Positions 1 through 9,698 of a stretch of DNA of 64,000 nucleotides are shown here, in pieces. How positions within the stretch are numbered: position 1 is the stretch's first letter; each line of letters starts with the position of its first letter. Where the stretch lies: IMG/VR virus record IMGVR_UViG_2636415645_000002, positions 19,760-83,759 of that record. One strand, given 5' to 3'. The translations under genes were made by a program, and so were the position numbers. The DNA is from a virus. Taxonomy: Duplodnaviria; Caudoviricetes. The notes under the pieces were generated by a model. The model was given only the letters and a program-made list of their open reading frames with translations, was not told the DNA's origin and did no database searches.

Positions 1-344
1 CAAGTGAGCGTAGAGCTGGCCCCAGTCGAAGGGGCCTGGCCTTCCCCCGGCGCAGGCTCCGTCACTTCCAACCCAGAAGCGCCCATAACGGCTTCGAGTG
101 CGTCGCGGAAATTGCGCAGGTCAAGCAGCCCTGATACTTCCTGGCGATCCATGTCAGGGTAATTTCGACGGAGCGCGGCGTGCGTGGCATCGATCACCGT
201 GGCAATCGCATCCTTATCCATGTTTCCGGCCATGACGCGGTTGATCCGCTCCAGCAACTGCTCCAGATCGCCCAACGCCAATGGCGGAATAGTCAGTGTC
301 TTACCAGGAAACTGGAAGTCCACACCGGGGATATTGACGGTCAT
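1..344 (-). CDS. Tail assembly chaperone (gpG-like), stop at window edge
   Basis: Read by hand: MTVNIPGVDFQFPGKTLTIPPLALGDLEQ... follows the tail tube gene (ATGA overlap); GGGGGAA slippery site at 42-48. Confidence 0.7.
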   Translation of the reverse strand, partial: MTVNIPGVDFQFPGKTLTIPPLALGDLEQLLERINRVMAGNMDKDAIATVIDATHAALRRNYPDMDRQEVSGLLDLRNFRDALEAVMGASGLEVTEPAPGEGQAPSTGASSTLT

Positions 345-1096
345 TCGCTAGAACTCCAGTAAGCGACTTCGCCGAACTCATCCGCGTAGCCGGTGAATTC
401 AAAGTCAGGAATGGTGTAATCGTCCTGCTTGGTCGAAAGACTCAACTTGTTGCTGACGAAGTTGGGCACGCGGACGTAAATCGACTTGCCTTTGTATTTC
501 AGATACAGCTCACCCTGGAACACCGGCATATCGCCCATCGGCAAGTTGCGCACGGAAAGGCTCTTGCCGGTGGCGACCGAGTAGCGGTAATCGATAAATA
601 CCGGCACGCCTTCGTCCGCAGCGGCGAAAGCGTATTCACCGGTACCTGAGTCATAGGTGTATTCCCCCTTGGCCGGCGCTGCCAGTACACGGGTGAACGG
701 GGCTGCACCGCCGCCGCGAACACCCAAGTCACCGGCCAAGAGGCCAGCACCTGGCGGGGTGACGATGATCTTGCCGCCGGCAGGAATATCCTGGGGAGTG
801 GTTGCGTGGTGCACAAGCACCTGGCCGGGCTGGAGGGTTTGCCCGAACACCAGGGCATTCATTTGCGACAGGCTGATCTGCGCCGCCTTGGCCTTGCCCG
901 ATAGCTTGCCTTGACCGCGCGCCGCATCCACGGCGAATTGCTCGCTACCGAACAGCTCCTTGGAGTCGTACGACAGATCAACCGATGCTTCCTGCATGAT
1001 GCCCAGTAGGATCGGGGTGGGTGACGCTAGGGCGTTGCCATAGGCGTCCATCAGCGGGGTTGCGTAAAACAACCCACTGCCGAATGCAATTTGCAT
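341..1096 (-). CDS. Putative major tail tube protein
   Basis: 251 aa, beta-rich, between tail terminator-like gene and chaperone. Confidence 0.6.
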   Translation of the reverse strand: MQIAFGSGLFYATPLMDAYGNALASPTPILLGIMQEASVDLSYDSKELFGSEQFAVDAARGQGKLSGKAKAAQISLSQMNALVFGQTLQPGQVLVHHATTPQDIPAGGKIIVTPPGAGLLAGDLGVRGGGAAPFTRVLAAPAKGEYTYDSGTGEYAFAAADEGVPVFIDYRYSVATGKSLSVRNLPMGDMPVFQGELYLKYKGKSIYVRVPNFVSNKLSLSTKQDDYTIPDFEFTGYADEFGEVAYWSSSE

Positions 1097-1106
1097 AATT
1101 TATTCC

Positions 1107-1559
1107 TCAGTAAAAGGTGGGGCCGGTGGTCAAGTCGCCGGTGTTGCACAAGTAGGTGAAGCGATAGCGGACCAGGCAGTTGCCGGCGGTGTTGTCCCCT
1201 TCGTCCTCAATCCAGTCGATGTAAAACCGCTGGACCCGGTCCGCTTCCGGAAACGCATCCTCTGTTGCCAGCACCGCATGTACGGCTACCTTCACCAGGT
1301 CAGCCACCTGGTCCCAGGCGGCCCCTGTAACAGTGTCTTCCCGAGCGATAATTTCTACCGTCAGTTCGAACTGGTTGCGGTCCACGGAAAAGCTTTCCCG
1401 CTCAGTAGTTTCAAGGCTGGGCCGCAGCACTAGCGCCGGAGTCATGTCGCGTGTGATCGCCTCGGTACGGCTGCGAAACACGCGGTCAGCCGCCGGCGTA
1501 TCGGCAGCCAGGATCAGCGCCTGCGCCTTTGCGACGATGCGTTCTTGGATCGAAGGCAT
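1107..1559 (-). CDS. Putative tail terminator/completion protein
   Basis: 150 aa, 'DRVFRSR...PAL' pattern and gene position. Confidence 0.55.
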   Translation of the reverse strand: MPSIQERIVAKAQALILAADTPAADRVFRSRTEAITRDMTPALVLRPSLETTERESFSVDRNQFELTVEIIAREDTVTGAAWDQVADLVKVAVHAVLATEDAFPEADRVQRFYIDWIEDEGDNTAGNCLVRYRFTYLCNTGDLTTGPTFY

Positions 1560-1562
1560 GGA

Positions 1563-1850
1563 TTAAACCTTGGTGAGTGAGGCCAGGCTGAAGGCGCCGT
1601 CATCGATCATCCGGCAGTCACGGACCCGAAAGGCCACGCCACCTACGGTGATCAGCTTGGGATTTCTGATACCGAGGCGTTCAGCGTCGGAGGTAATGAC
1701 AAGGATCTCGTAGCCGGTGGACTGGCTATTGGTGCCGCCCATGCCATGGATCTCATCTGGCATGTCGCGTGCCGCCAGAAACGGCTCACCATCGACGGCT
1801 CCGCCAACGTCAAAGTCCTCAAGGAAACCCCTGAGGTCTTCGTCAAGCAT
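1563..1850 (-). CDS. Putative head-tail joining protein
   Basis: 95 aa, position; FII-like C-terminus (DDGAFSLASL). Confidence 0.55.
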   Translation of the reverse strand: MLDEDLRGFLEDFDVGGAVDGEPFLAARDMPDEIHGMGGTNSQSTGYEILVITSDAERLGIRNPKLITVGGVAFRVRDCRMIDDGAFSLASLTKV

Positions 1851-2043
1851 CGGGGCTCACCTTTTGCTTGCGTCCACCTTCACCCACCGGTGCCGGCGAT
1901 GGCCCGGACACCACGACTTCCAACTGGTGACGAAAGCGATCTGCCACGTCGTCCGGCAGCTCTACTAAGCCACCTTGGCCGACCAGGCTGTTGTCTGGCC
2001 GGCGGAACGAACCTGACAGGACGGTATATGTTTTATTCGGCAT
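1843..2043 (-). CDS. Small head-module protein
   Basis: 66 aa ORF overlapping neighbours in the operon. Confidence 0.5.
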   Translation of the reverse strand: MPNKTYTVLSGSFRRPDNSLVGQGGLVELPDDVADRFRHQLEVVVSGPSPAPVGEGGRKQKVSPDA

Positions 2044-2281
2044 CGCCGGTCCCTCCAGCTTTGTCCACCTTCACGAGCCGCTGATCCAGCGCCTTGTCCG
2101 GCTCACCGGGGATCACGATCACCTCCCCGACTTTGAACTGGACGGGCTCCAGAATGGAGTAGCGCCCCTTTTTCTTTTCGACCGGCTCAAGGCAGTGCTT
2201 TCGGGCGCTGGCCTGGGCGTCTGTCAGGATCAACTCACCACCGTAAAGGGTGATGGTCTCTGTCACGCGGTATTTCGGCAT
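2033..2281 (-). CDS. Small head-module protein
   Basis: 82 aa with GAGGA RBS, directly after capsid gene. Confidence 0.55.
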   Translation of the reverse strand: MPKYRVTETITLYGGELILTDAQASARKHCLEPVEKKKGRYSILEPVQFKVGEVIVIPGEPDKALDQRLVKVDKAGGTGDAE

Positions 2282-2316
2282 ATCAGTGTCCTCGGTGAGG
2301 TGGCGGGCCGACCGGC

Positions 2317-3264
2317 TTATGCCACCAACTGGTTAAGGACGGCGTACTGCCAGCGGCCAAAACCGACGTTGCGCCAGGTGTCGACACCATACTGATGCGC
2401 GTCGTTGTCAAACTCGTATTCCGAGCCTTCCGCCTTCGCTTTCATTGCGACGTCGGTTTCCTGCTGACGGATGAACGCTTTCAAACGGCCATCGGTACGC
2501 AGGGTCACGAACTTGTCCTGCCAGGCATTGAGGCGCACGTTACCGACCACGCGGACCACCACGTTGTCGGGCATGACAATCTCGTTGATGTTGGTGCCGC
2601 GCGGAACGCTCAGCGCGGACTGAGCAACGCTCAACAGGTTGAACGGCACCATCACCAGGAACTCGCGAGCCAGTTCGTTGATGGGTTCGCCCTGATCATC
2701 CTTGAGGCTGGTGAGCTGGGTCACAGACCGGGCAACTGCCTGTTGGAATTCCTCGACACTCGGTCGGGTTGGTGTGCCATGAACAGCCGCCGCCAGCTCG
2801 GAAAGTTTGGTGGTGATTTTGTTCGACTGCACCCCGCTCTGGCCTTCTTCGTGGTCAACGTCGAAGAAGTACTGGCCGTCGTAGCAGACCTGGGTTTCGC
2901 CATTGAGTAACAGTACCGAAAGCAGCCTGGCCCAGTGTGCATTCGTGCGGTCGGCCAGCTCGCCGAGGCGGATGCGCAGTTGCCCGGTCTTGTCGCGGCG
3001 CAGCTCTTTGACCAGAACCTCAATGGTTGCTTCGAAGTGCAGGTTTTCGATTTCGAGTTCAGCACCGATGAAGCCCTTGGCATGACGGCCGCCGATCCAC
3101 TCACGCAGCGTAGGTACCATACCGATCCACGGGTAGGTCTCTTTGGCCTGGTCGGAATCGAACAGGTTGGACACGGCGTCGATCCAGTTCGACCCCACAT
3201 TCTGTTCGAGCATTTCGTAAAACATGCCGATGACGGCACGGCTGGAAAGTACTTCAGCACCCAT
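2317..3264 (-). CDS. Major capsid protein, Mu gpT-like
   Basis: ETYPWIGMVPTLREWIG, CYDGQYFFDVDH and YGVDTWRNVGFGRWQ motifs typical of the Mu-like gpT family. Confidence 0.85.
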   Translation of the reverse strand: MGAEVLSSRAVIGMFYEMLEQNVGSNWIDAVSNLFDSDQAKETYPWIGMVPTLREWIGGRHAKGFIGAELEIENLHFEATIEVLVKELRRDKTGQLRIRLGELADRTNAHWARLLSVLLLNGETQVCYDGQYFFDVDHEEGQSGVQSNKITTKLSELAAAVHGTPTRPSVEEFQQAVARSVTQLTSLKDDQGEPINELAREFLVMVPFNLLSVAQSALSVPRGTNINEIVMPDNVVVRVVGNVRLNAWQDKFVTLRTDGRLKAFIRQQETDVAMKAKAEGSEYEFDNDAHQYGVDTWRNVGFGRWQYAVLNQLVA

Positions 3265-3319
3265 GGGTGATTCTCCTGAAGAAGGATACGGTCAAAAAAG
3301 AAAGGGTTTGGGTGTTGCG

Positions 3320-3736
3320 TTAAGGCGCGACAGGCACTGCCTGGGCGGCGAACTTGACGATGCCGACGCCAGAGCGGACAAAACGGTGAACATGGCCGAC
3401 CAGGCTGTTCCCTGCTGCGGTCAGCAGGAATGCGCCGCTGTCGCTGGCGTAAACCTGCTTGCCGATATCAGCAAGCGCCAGGGCAGCCACGGGCAGTTCA
3501 ATCTTGCCTTCTTCGCGAAGACGGACGCGCACGGCCGCAGCGGCGCCGGTGCGGTTGTCGACGCCGCGATCAGCGAAACCGACAAAAAGGTCACCCGCCG
3601 CCAAAGGGCGCGCCAGCCCACTGGCAGCAATGATGCCAACGGCCGACCCTTCGAAGATCTGCACACCGGCGGCAACGGACAAGTCGTTGATGGTGCCGAT
3701 CTCGTAAGCGCGGGGTGTATCGAGTGTAAGAGGCAT
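3320..3736 (-). CDS. Head decoration/cement-like protein
   Basis: 138 aa Ala/Gly-rich, DIGKQVYASD motif, between protease and capsid. Confidence 0.6.
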   Translation of the reverse strand: MPLTLDTPRAYEIGTINDLSVAAGVQIFEGSAVGIIAASGLARPLAAGDLFVGFADRGVDNRTGAAAAVRVRLREEGKIELPVAALALADIGKQVYASDSGAFLLTAAGNSLVGHVHRFVRSGVGIVKFAAQAVPVAP

Positions 3737-3777
3737 GGGATTCTCCAGAGCCAGGATTTGAGGGACTTACCAGGTGC

Positions 3778-5127
3778 TTACTTTTTCAGAACCTTGACCA
3801 AACCACGGTCGGTGGCCTTGCGATAACCGTGGTAGGCCTCGAAGGTGCCAAACTCGGCGCGCAGTTCCTTATCGCCGTCCCAGGTCGCTTTGGCGCGCTC
3901 TTCCAGGGGCGCCTCTGGATCCTCTTCGGCGGCAGCTGGTGCAGCCGGTGGCGTGAGTGCGTTGGGTACCGCCGCAGGGGCCTGGCTGCGAATGTCGGCA
4001 AGAGCAGTGGCGCGCTTGGACTTTTCGGCACCAATCACCTGTGCAGCCGCCTCGGCGCCGCTGGTTTTGCCATCGAACTTGAGGCTGGTGATCAGCTCTT
4101 CATGCCCGGGCAAAGCCGCCGCCTCGACTGCCTTGATGCGATCGCACTCGGCGCGAGCGCCAGCTGCATGTGCGTCATGCTCCAGGCTGGCCAGCAATTC
4201 CGCGTGATTCGCGGCCAAATATTCACGGGTGATGGCCGGCTTGTCGGTGGTTGGAGCTGTTACGGTGCTGCTGTTTGGTGCGGACATGGATCGATCTCCA
4301 GAGGGACTGCCGTTGAATTCGGCGATAAGGTTTTCAAGGGTGGATTCACGGTCGGCCATGCCCAGTTCCACGGCATCCGAGCCAATCCGCATGTCGCCCT
4401 GGCCGAAGTCAGCCAGGACGGTTTCAACACTGAGGCCGCGATAATTAGCGACGTCCTCGACGAAGATGTCGGTCAGGCGGTCGACGTGGGCCTGTGCGAC
4501 AGCGCGGCCTGATTCGGTACCGAAGTCCGGCCGCTTTTTCGGGCTTTGGCTGCTGACGATTTCGAAGCTGCCGTCGTCGCCGCTCTTGCGCACCGTCAAC
4601 ACGGTGCCGATGGATCCCACGGCGCCGGTACGGCTCATGACAATTTCATGGGCCGCTGCCGCCATCCAGTAACCGGCACTGGCCGCGTTGCCGGACACAT
4701 AGGCCACCACCCGCTTGGGAGACGCGCGGATCATCTGAGCAAACTCAGCGATGCCGCTGGCAATGCCGCCAGGTGTATCCATCACCAGGATGATGGTGTC
4801 TGTTCGCGGATCATCAACGGCGGCGGTGAACTCTTTCGCCAGAACATCCAGTGAGGTTGCACCGGACAACGCCGTAAACAAGTTGGCATAGCGAAACACC
4901 GGGCCAGTGACTGGCAACAAGGCAACGTTGCCACGTTGAGTCACCGCCCGACTGTTTTGTAGGGGCTTGCCCTGCCTGGCTTCCAGCGCTTCTGGGCCTT
5001 CATGCTCCCGACGGGCAATGGCGGTGATGGTCTGCAGCATGTCCGGGGTAATGGCCCAGGGCTCGCGTGACACCAGGTCGAACGCCGTCACCCGGTGCAC
5101 GGGTGCATCGGTTGGGTTGTCGCTCAT
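3778..5127 (-). CDS. S49 family prohead protease with C-terminal scaffold
   Basis: DTPGG, AASAGYW and GSIG motifs of S49 peptidases. Confidence 0.88.
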   Translation of the reverse strand: MSDNPTDAPVHRVTAFDLVSREPWAITPDMLQTITAIARREHEGPEALEARQGKPLQNSRAVTQRGNVALLPVTGPVFRYANLFTALSGATSLDVLAKEFTAAVDDPRTDTIILVMDTPGGIASGIAEFAQMIRASPKRVVAYVSGNAASAGYWMAAAAHEIVMSRTGAVGSIGTVLTVRKSGDDGSFEIVSSQSPKKRPDFGTESGRAVAQAHVDRLTDIFVEDVANYRGLSVETVLADFGQGDMRIGSDAVELGMADRESTLENLIAEFNGSPSGDRSMSAPNSSTVTAPTTDKPAITREYLAANHAELLASLEHDAHAAGARAECDRIKAVEAAALPGHEELITSLKFDGKTSGAEAAAQVIGAEKSKRATALADIRSQAPAAVPNALTPPAAPAAAEEDPEAPLEERAKATWDGDKELRAEFGTFEAYHGYRKATDRGLVKVLKK

Positions 5128-5129
5128 AG

Positions 5130-6740
5130 TTAAGTCCGTTCAGGTAAGTCGGGATTGGCCGGCGGCTCATTGTCCGGGCGCGCCGTCGGTGAAGCTGAAA
5201 GCCCGTCATCGCGCCGGCGCTTCACTTCCAGGGCGCGCTGTTCGTGGTTTTCCTCCCAGTCGCTGCCGTCGTAGAGCATGGATTCCTTCGCCAGAGTGCT
5301 GACGCCGATATCGATCCGCTTCTCGGCGGCGTTGATATCCTTCAAAGGGTCTACGGTGCCAGGACCATCACCCACCCACAGCGAACCGCAGTAGGCATAA
5401 CGGAGTAGCGGGTGATCGAAAAACCCAGGGGCTTCGATATCACCCTGCGCAATGGCCTCTTCAAGCCAATGCTCGTACACCGGCTGGCAGAAGTGTGAGC
5501 CCAGGAAGTCGCGGCAACCGCGAACGAACTGCCACGCTTCCATGACGGCTGCACGCGCGGCGGTATAGCTGGCAGTGAAGTGCTTGATCAGCACCTCATA
5601 GGGCAATTCCAGAGCCATGCCGATCTGGCGCAGCATCGCTAGCACGAACGGGTCAAACGCCATGTTTGGCCGGCCTGGGGCCGCAGTGTCGATGGACGCA
5701 CCGTCGTCCAGCTCGGCGACAATGCCGCCACTAAGTGAACCGTCCCAGCCACCCTGCTCCCGTCCTGCAGGCCGGTCACCACCGACTGGCGTGTTGCCGG
5801 TGGCAGCAGATGCCAATGGGCTCAGGCTGCCGCCAGTCCCCGGTTTGATGAACACAGCGAAGAACGCCGACACCACCGCTGCTTCCAGCTCGGCATCGGT
5901 GTAGCGGTCTAACTGCTTGAGCTTTTCGATCACCGGCGCCAGATATGGCACGCCCCGCGGCTGACCTACCCGGCGGCGGCGGTACACATGCAACAACACC
6001 CGCCCCCCACGCTCGTTGAAGAACGGGCGCTCATCCCATTCCCGCTCTTTAACGCCCAGCGCACCAGGGTGGCTGCGCAGGATGTGAGCCTTGATCGGCG
6101 CGCCGTCGGCATCACGTTCGATACCGGCGGTGAGGGTTTCCGTATCAGCCTTGCCCGACGGGTTGCAGATCCGGTCGGCTTCAATGAGCTGGATACACGC
6201 CGAGTAGTGATGGCCGGGGCGCTCCTTGTGGGTCAACAGCGGAAACACATCACCGCTGCTCAGTACCGAACGCCACGTCAGATCCTGCAAGCCATAGAAG
6301 TTTTGCTCACGGGTGATGTCGCAGCAGGTGGTTTCCGCCCAGGACTTGAAGAGCGATTCAGTCTTGCGCTGCCACTCGCTGGCCTGATCTTCATCCCAGC
6401 CAAGGATCTGGCGATTTACCACGGACTTGAGCGCCAAGCCGGTACCGACTGTTTTAGTCGTCACCGTGTTGATCGCACCACCGCCGATGGGGTTGTTGCG
6501 CTCAAGGTCACGGCAACGCTCGCGAAGCGTGGGCAAGTCGGGCAGCAAGTCAGCCGCTGCACTGCCGGCGGCGGGGTTCCAGGCACTCAACGAGCGCTTG
6601 GCCTTCGACGCGCCGCTGTAACCGCCCAGCGCGGTCATGGTGAGCCGGGCATGCATGCGCTTGGCGCCGCGTTCAGGGCTCAACCAGGTGATGGCCTTGT
6701 CGAGCAGCGTTGGTTCTGGGGCTTTCGGTGCCTGGCTCAT
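5130..6740 (-). CDS. Portal protein, lambda family
   Basis: RERCRDLERNN, GQPRGVP, SYTAARAA and VDPLKD motifs. Confidence 0.92.
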   Translation of the reverse strand: MSQAPKAPEPTLLDKAITWLSPERGAKRMHARLTMTALGGYSGASKAKRSLSAWNPAAGSAAADLLPDLPTLRERCRDLERNNPIGGGAINTVTTKTVGTGLALKSVVNRQILGWDEDQASEWQRKTESLFKSWAETTCCDITREQNFYGLQDLTWRSVLSSGDVFPLLTHKERPGHHYSACIQLIEADRICNPSGKADTETLTAGIERDADGAPIKAHILRSHPGALGVKEREWDERPFFNERGGRVLLHVYRRRRVGQPRGVPYLAPVIEKLKQLDRYTDAELEAAVVSAFFAVFIKPGTGGSLSPLASAATGNTPVGGDRPAGREQGGWDGSLSGGIVAELDDGASIDTAAPGRPNMAFDPFVLAMLRQIGMALELPYEVLIKHFTASYTAARAAVMEAWQFVRGCRDFLGSHFCQPVYEHWLEEAIAQGDIEAPGFFDHPLLRYAYCGSLWVGDGPGTVDPLKDINAAEKRIDIGVSTLAKESMLYDGSDWEENHEQRALEVKRRRDDGLSASPTARPDNEPPANPDLPERT

Positions 6741-6958
6741 CGCGGCGTGATCCCACGCAGAACAATCCCCCGTGGCCGGCCGCTTTCCAGGCCATCAACT
6801 TGCTTCTGCCAGTAATCGATCGTTTTGGTGATCTCGGCAAGGTCAGCGTACTCCAGCTGGCGAGTGCCGATCCGGTAGCTTTGCTTCTGGCTGACCTTCA
6901 TGCTCGCATCGAGCCAGGCTTGGAGCTGGCCCTGCGCTTGTTCCAGGGTGATAGCCAT
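6737..6958 (-). CDS. Head-tail adaptor, gpW-like
   Basis: QSYRIGTRQLEYADL; between terminase and portal. Confidence 0.75.
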   Translation of the reverse strand: MAITLEQAQGQLQAWLDASMKVSQKQSYRIGTRQLEYADLAEITKTIDYWQKQVDGLESGRPRGIVLRGITPR

Positions 6959-6960
6959 GA

Positions 6961-9090
6961 TTAATTCCTGCGTTGGGAGAGCACACGCATTGCACTGCGG
7001 CGCCCAGAAACAACTCTCCCGCCAGCAGGCGGGAGATCGGGGGGTTCAACGGGTGGAGGTGATTCAGGGGTCGCCCCTTGGGTTTCGGGATTGGCCTCGG
7101 CCTCAGGCCTAACTGGTTCGGGCTGGTCAAACAAACCGCCCTGGCGGATCTGGGCATCGAGCGCCGCCCAGTCCTGCTCCTGCAGCAGATGCGTTTTCAG
7201 GGAGCGGGCTGCGTGCAGCGCGTAGGTTTCACAGTCGGTGCCTTCGTTCGGCTCGCCGGCCTTCTTCTGCCACACCTTGCGGTAGTGGTGTCGACGGCTG
7301 GGAGCCTTCACTTCGGCGGTGATTTGCCGGAAGTAGTCCGGGCGCACCGTCTTGTAAAAGTGCATCCGACCAGGGCCATCACCCGTCAGCGGCAACCGGC
7401 CCTCAATCCACAGGTCCTTGGCCCGCGACGTGCCGACGATGTAGGGGCGAAGGCCATACTTGGATGCCTTCTGCTCTTTGTCGGTATCGACGCCCTGCCG
7501 AGGAGCGCTGAAGATCTCCCGGCGCTCGTCGTCGCGGGTGTTGCCACGCTCGCTCGCGCCTTTGATCGCCATCACACCACTACGTTGGTGCTTACGACAG
7601 AACGCATAAGCCGCGTCCTGGGTGATGGTGCCGTCGGAGGTGTCGAGCGAAGTCGCCAACACTTTCAACTTGGCGCCGCAGGCGTGAGGAATCGCCGCAA
7701 ACAGCAGCTTCTCCAGATCCAACCAGACGCCCTGGTCTGGCAGCACCACTTCGCCGTAGATTTCGCCCCAGTAAAGCAACCAGGATTCCTCACCCCGGCC
7801 CCAGGCCCGCATAACCACCGCCAGGCGATCGTGTTGAACATCGACGCCGGCAGTGACCACGATTCCGCCCATGGGCACGTACATCTCCGGGTAGTCCTCT
7901 GCGCGTTCGGCCAGTTTGTCGGCTTCGGGCAGATCGGATTTGTACTCGTAGGCACGGCCTTGTTTCTGGTTGACGAACTTGATCAGCAGCGACAGGTTGC
8001 CCATGGACGCCTGGTGTTCGGCGTTGAGCTTCTCGCGCACGATGTCGGCTAGGCTGGTACCCGGTAAGCAGGCGTACAGCTCATTCAACTCAATGAACCC
8101 AGCGCGCCCGGCAAAAGGTTTGGTCGGCACCCAACCGCAGTATGGGTCGCCGGCTTCTACCGCGTTGAACACCGTGTTGCGGATGTTCTCTTTACGCTGA
8201 TAGTCGTCCCAGATCTCGCCGCAGTGAGGGCAACCGTAGCCGGCAGTCTCAGGATCTGCGCGGCCGTAGATCTCATGAGGGGTTGCTTCTTCCTCAATGT
8301 CGAGCCACTTGATATGAGCGAAGTCCAGCACATGCGCCTGGCCGCAGGAATGGCAGATAACCGGCAGCACCCGGCAATCGGTCTGTGCAAGGCGCGCCTC
8401 GGTCTTGCTCGCGCCCTTGATCGCCGGCGTCCCGCCTACCAGCATCTTGGAGCCGGGATAACGCTTGCCACGCTCTTCCAGCAGGGCGATCGCATCGCCC
8501 TGCCCCTTCACATCGTCGCTGGTATCGTCCGGTTCCTCTACCACCGATAAACCCACGGAAGACGTGGATTTGACGTTGCCCGGGGAGTTGGACGCGACCA
8601 GTTTGAGGAACCCGCCTGGAAAGGTCTTATGGTCCCACCGGTTGCCCGATGTGCGGCTGACATCCACCGGCATGAGTTTTGCCACCTCGGTGTTCGCGGT
8701 GACGCCGAACTTCAGCTTTTCGTCGTGGAAGTTCTTGCCGTCCTTTTCCTTGGCAAACAGGATCATGATCGGACGCGGCAGGTTGTGGATGAACTTGAAC
8801 AGGTAGCCGATCAGGAACCACGTCCAGCCGATCTGCGCCGCTTTCATCAGGTCAACTTCGCTCACCCGAGGGTCATCCAGGGCAGCGGCAACGCCGAGAA
8901 AGTATGGCGTGTATTGGAAGTCGTAAAGCCCGTGCAGCACACCGCTCTCAGCGGGCAGGTAAAACTCGGTGCTCATGTAATGCGCGGTCGGGATATCACG
9001 GGGCGGATTGAATTTCCCCGCTGCTGCCGACAAGCTCCGCGCCAAGTTTTCGCGCGTAGCCTGCAATTCGCTCGGTTGTAGGTCCAGCAA
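6961..9090 (-). CDS. Terminase large subunit, lambda GpA family (start uncertain)
   Basis: KAAQIGWT Walker A-like, CPHCG, AGVDVQ nuclease motif, NEGTDC. Confidence 0.92.
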   Translation of the reverse strand: MLDLQPSELQATRENLARSLSAAAGKFNPPRDIPTAHYMSTEFYLPAESGVLHGLYDFQYTPYFLGVAAALDDPRVSEVDLMKAAQIGWTWFLIGYLFKFIHNLPRPIMILFAKEKDGKNFHDEKLKFGVTANTEVAKLMPVDVSRTSGNRWDHKTFPGGFLKLVASNSPGNVKSTSSVGLSVVEEPDDTSDDVKGQGDAIALLEERGKRYPGSKMLVGGTPAIKGASKTEARLAQTDCRVLPVICHSCGQAHVLDFAHIKWLDIEEEATPHEIYGRADPETAGYGCPHCGEIWDDYQRKENIRNTVFNAVEAGDPYCGWVPTKPFAGRAGFIELNELYACLPGTSLADIVREKLNAEHQASMGNLSLLIKFVNQKQGRAYEYKSDLPEADKLAERAEDYPEMYVPMGGIVVTAGVDVQHDRLAVVMRAWGRGEESWLLYWGEIYGEVVLPDQGVWLDLEKLLFAAIPHACGAKLKVLATSLDTSDGTITQDAAYAFCRKHQRSGVMAIKGASERGNTRDDERREIFSAPRQGVDTDKEQKASKYGLRPYIVGTSRAKDLWIEGRLPLTGDGPGRMHFYKTVRPDYFRQITAEVKAPSRRHHYRKVWQKKAGEPNEGTDCETYALHAARSLKTHLLQEQDWAALDAQIRQGGLFDQPEPVRPEAEANPETQGATPESPPPVEPPDLPPAGGRVVSGRRSAMRVLSQRRN

Positions 9091-9490
9091 CTTTGGCCAC
9101 CACTGTTCGATCTACCGTGAGTTTCTGCACGTTCTCGATTTCCTGAATGATTCGTTCAAGGCCGCCCAGGTATTCCCGGTTTGCGAAGCTGGCCCAGTCG
9201 GACAGCACCCGCTCAGCCTCACTTGCCGGGATCAGTGATCTCAGTTTTTCGTGATACGCCAACCGTCCATTGGCCGACTTCTGCTGCAGGTCATCGATCC
9301 GCGCTCTGTTGAGTTGTTCAAGCTGGCTGCCCCCGCGCCCAGCGGCTTTTCCGCGCAGGTCGCGGATGTAGGCCGTCCGGATCTCATCCAGGCTTGCGGT
9401 CTGCCAGTCCAGGTCCAACGCCTTGAGCACATCGCGGGCATTTCGCTCGCTCATGTCCAGGTGATCAGCGACTTCACGTTGGGTTTGCAT
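8996..9490 (-). CDS. Terminase small subunit
   Basis: N-terminal HTH (TQREVADHLDMSER), directly upstream of GpA. Confidence 0.75.
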   Translation of the reverse strand: MQTQREVADHLDMSERNARDVLKALDLDWQTASLDEIRTAYIRDLRGKAAGRGGSQLEQLNRARIDDLQQKSANGRLAYHEKLRSLIPASEAERVLSDWASFANREYLGGLERIIQEIENVQKLTVDRTVVAKVAGPTTERIAGYARKLGAELVGSSGEIQSAP

Positions 9491-9698
9491 TGTCTTGTCC
9501 TATTGCCGACATGGAAGCGGAACCCCCTATGTCAGGTTGAATCTGTGAAAAAGTCGGGGTTCGAATTACCCCGTTGGCCCCGGTGCCCGGAAGGACCCAT
9601 TGATTTCGGGGCACACATGCCCCTGTCAAGCCTAAAACCTTCCAAGTCATTGGAATATCGCCACTTTTTTGAAAAAAAAGCACGAAACCAACAGGAGG

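Noticed and set aside
7078-8052. Long antisense ORFs (this one, 24984-26009, 35713-36720, 37053-38000 and others)
   Set aside because: They shadow well-supported genes on the opposite strand, as expected in GC-rich DNA, and show no recognisable motifs
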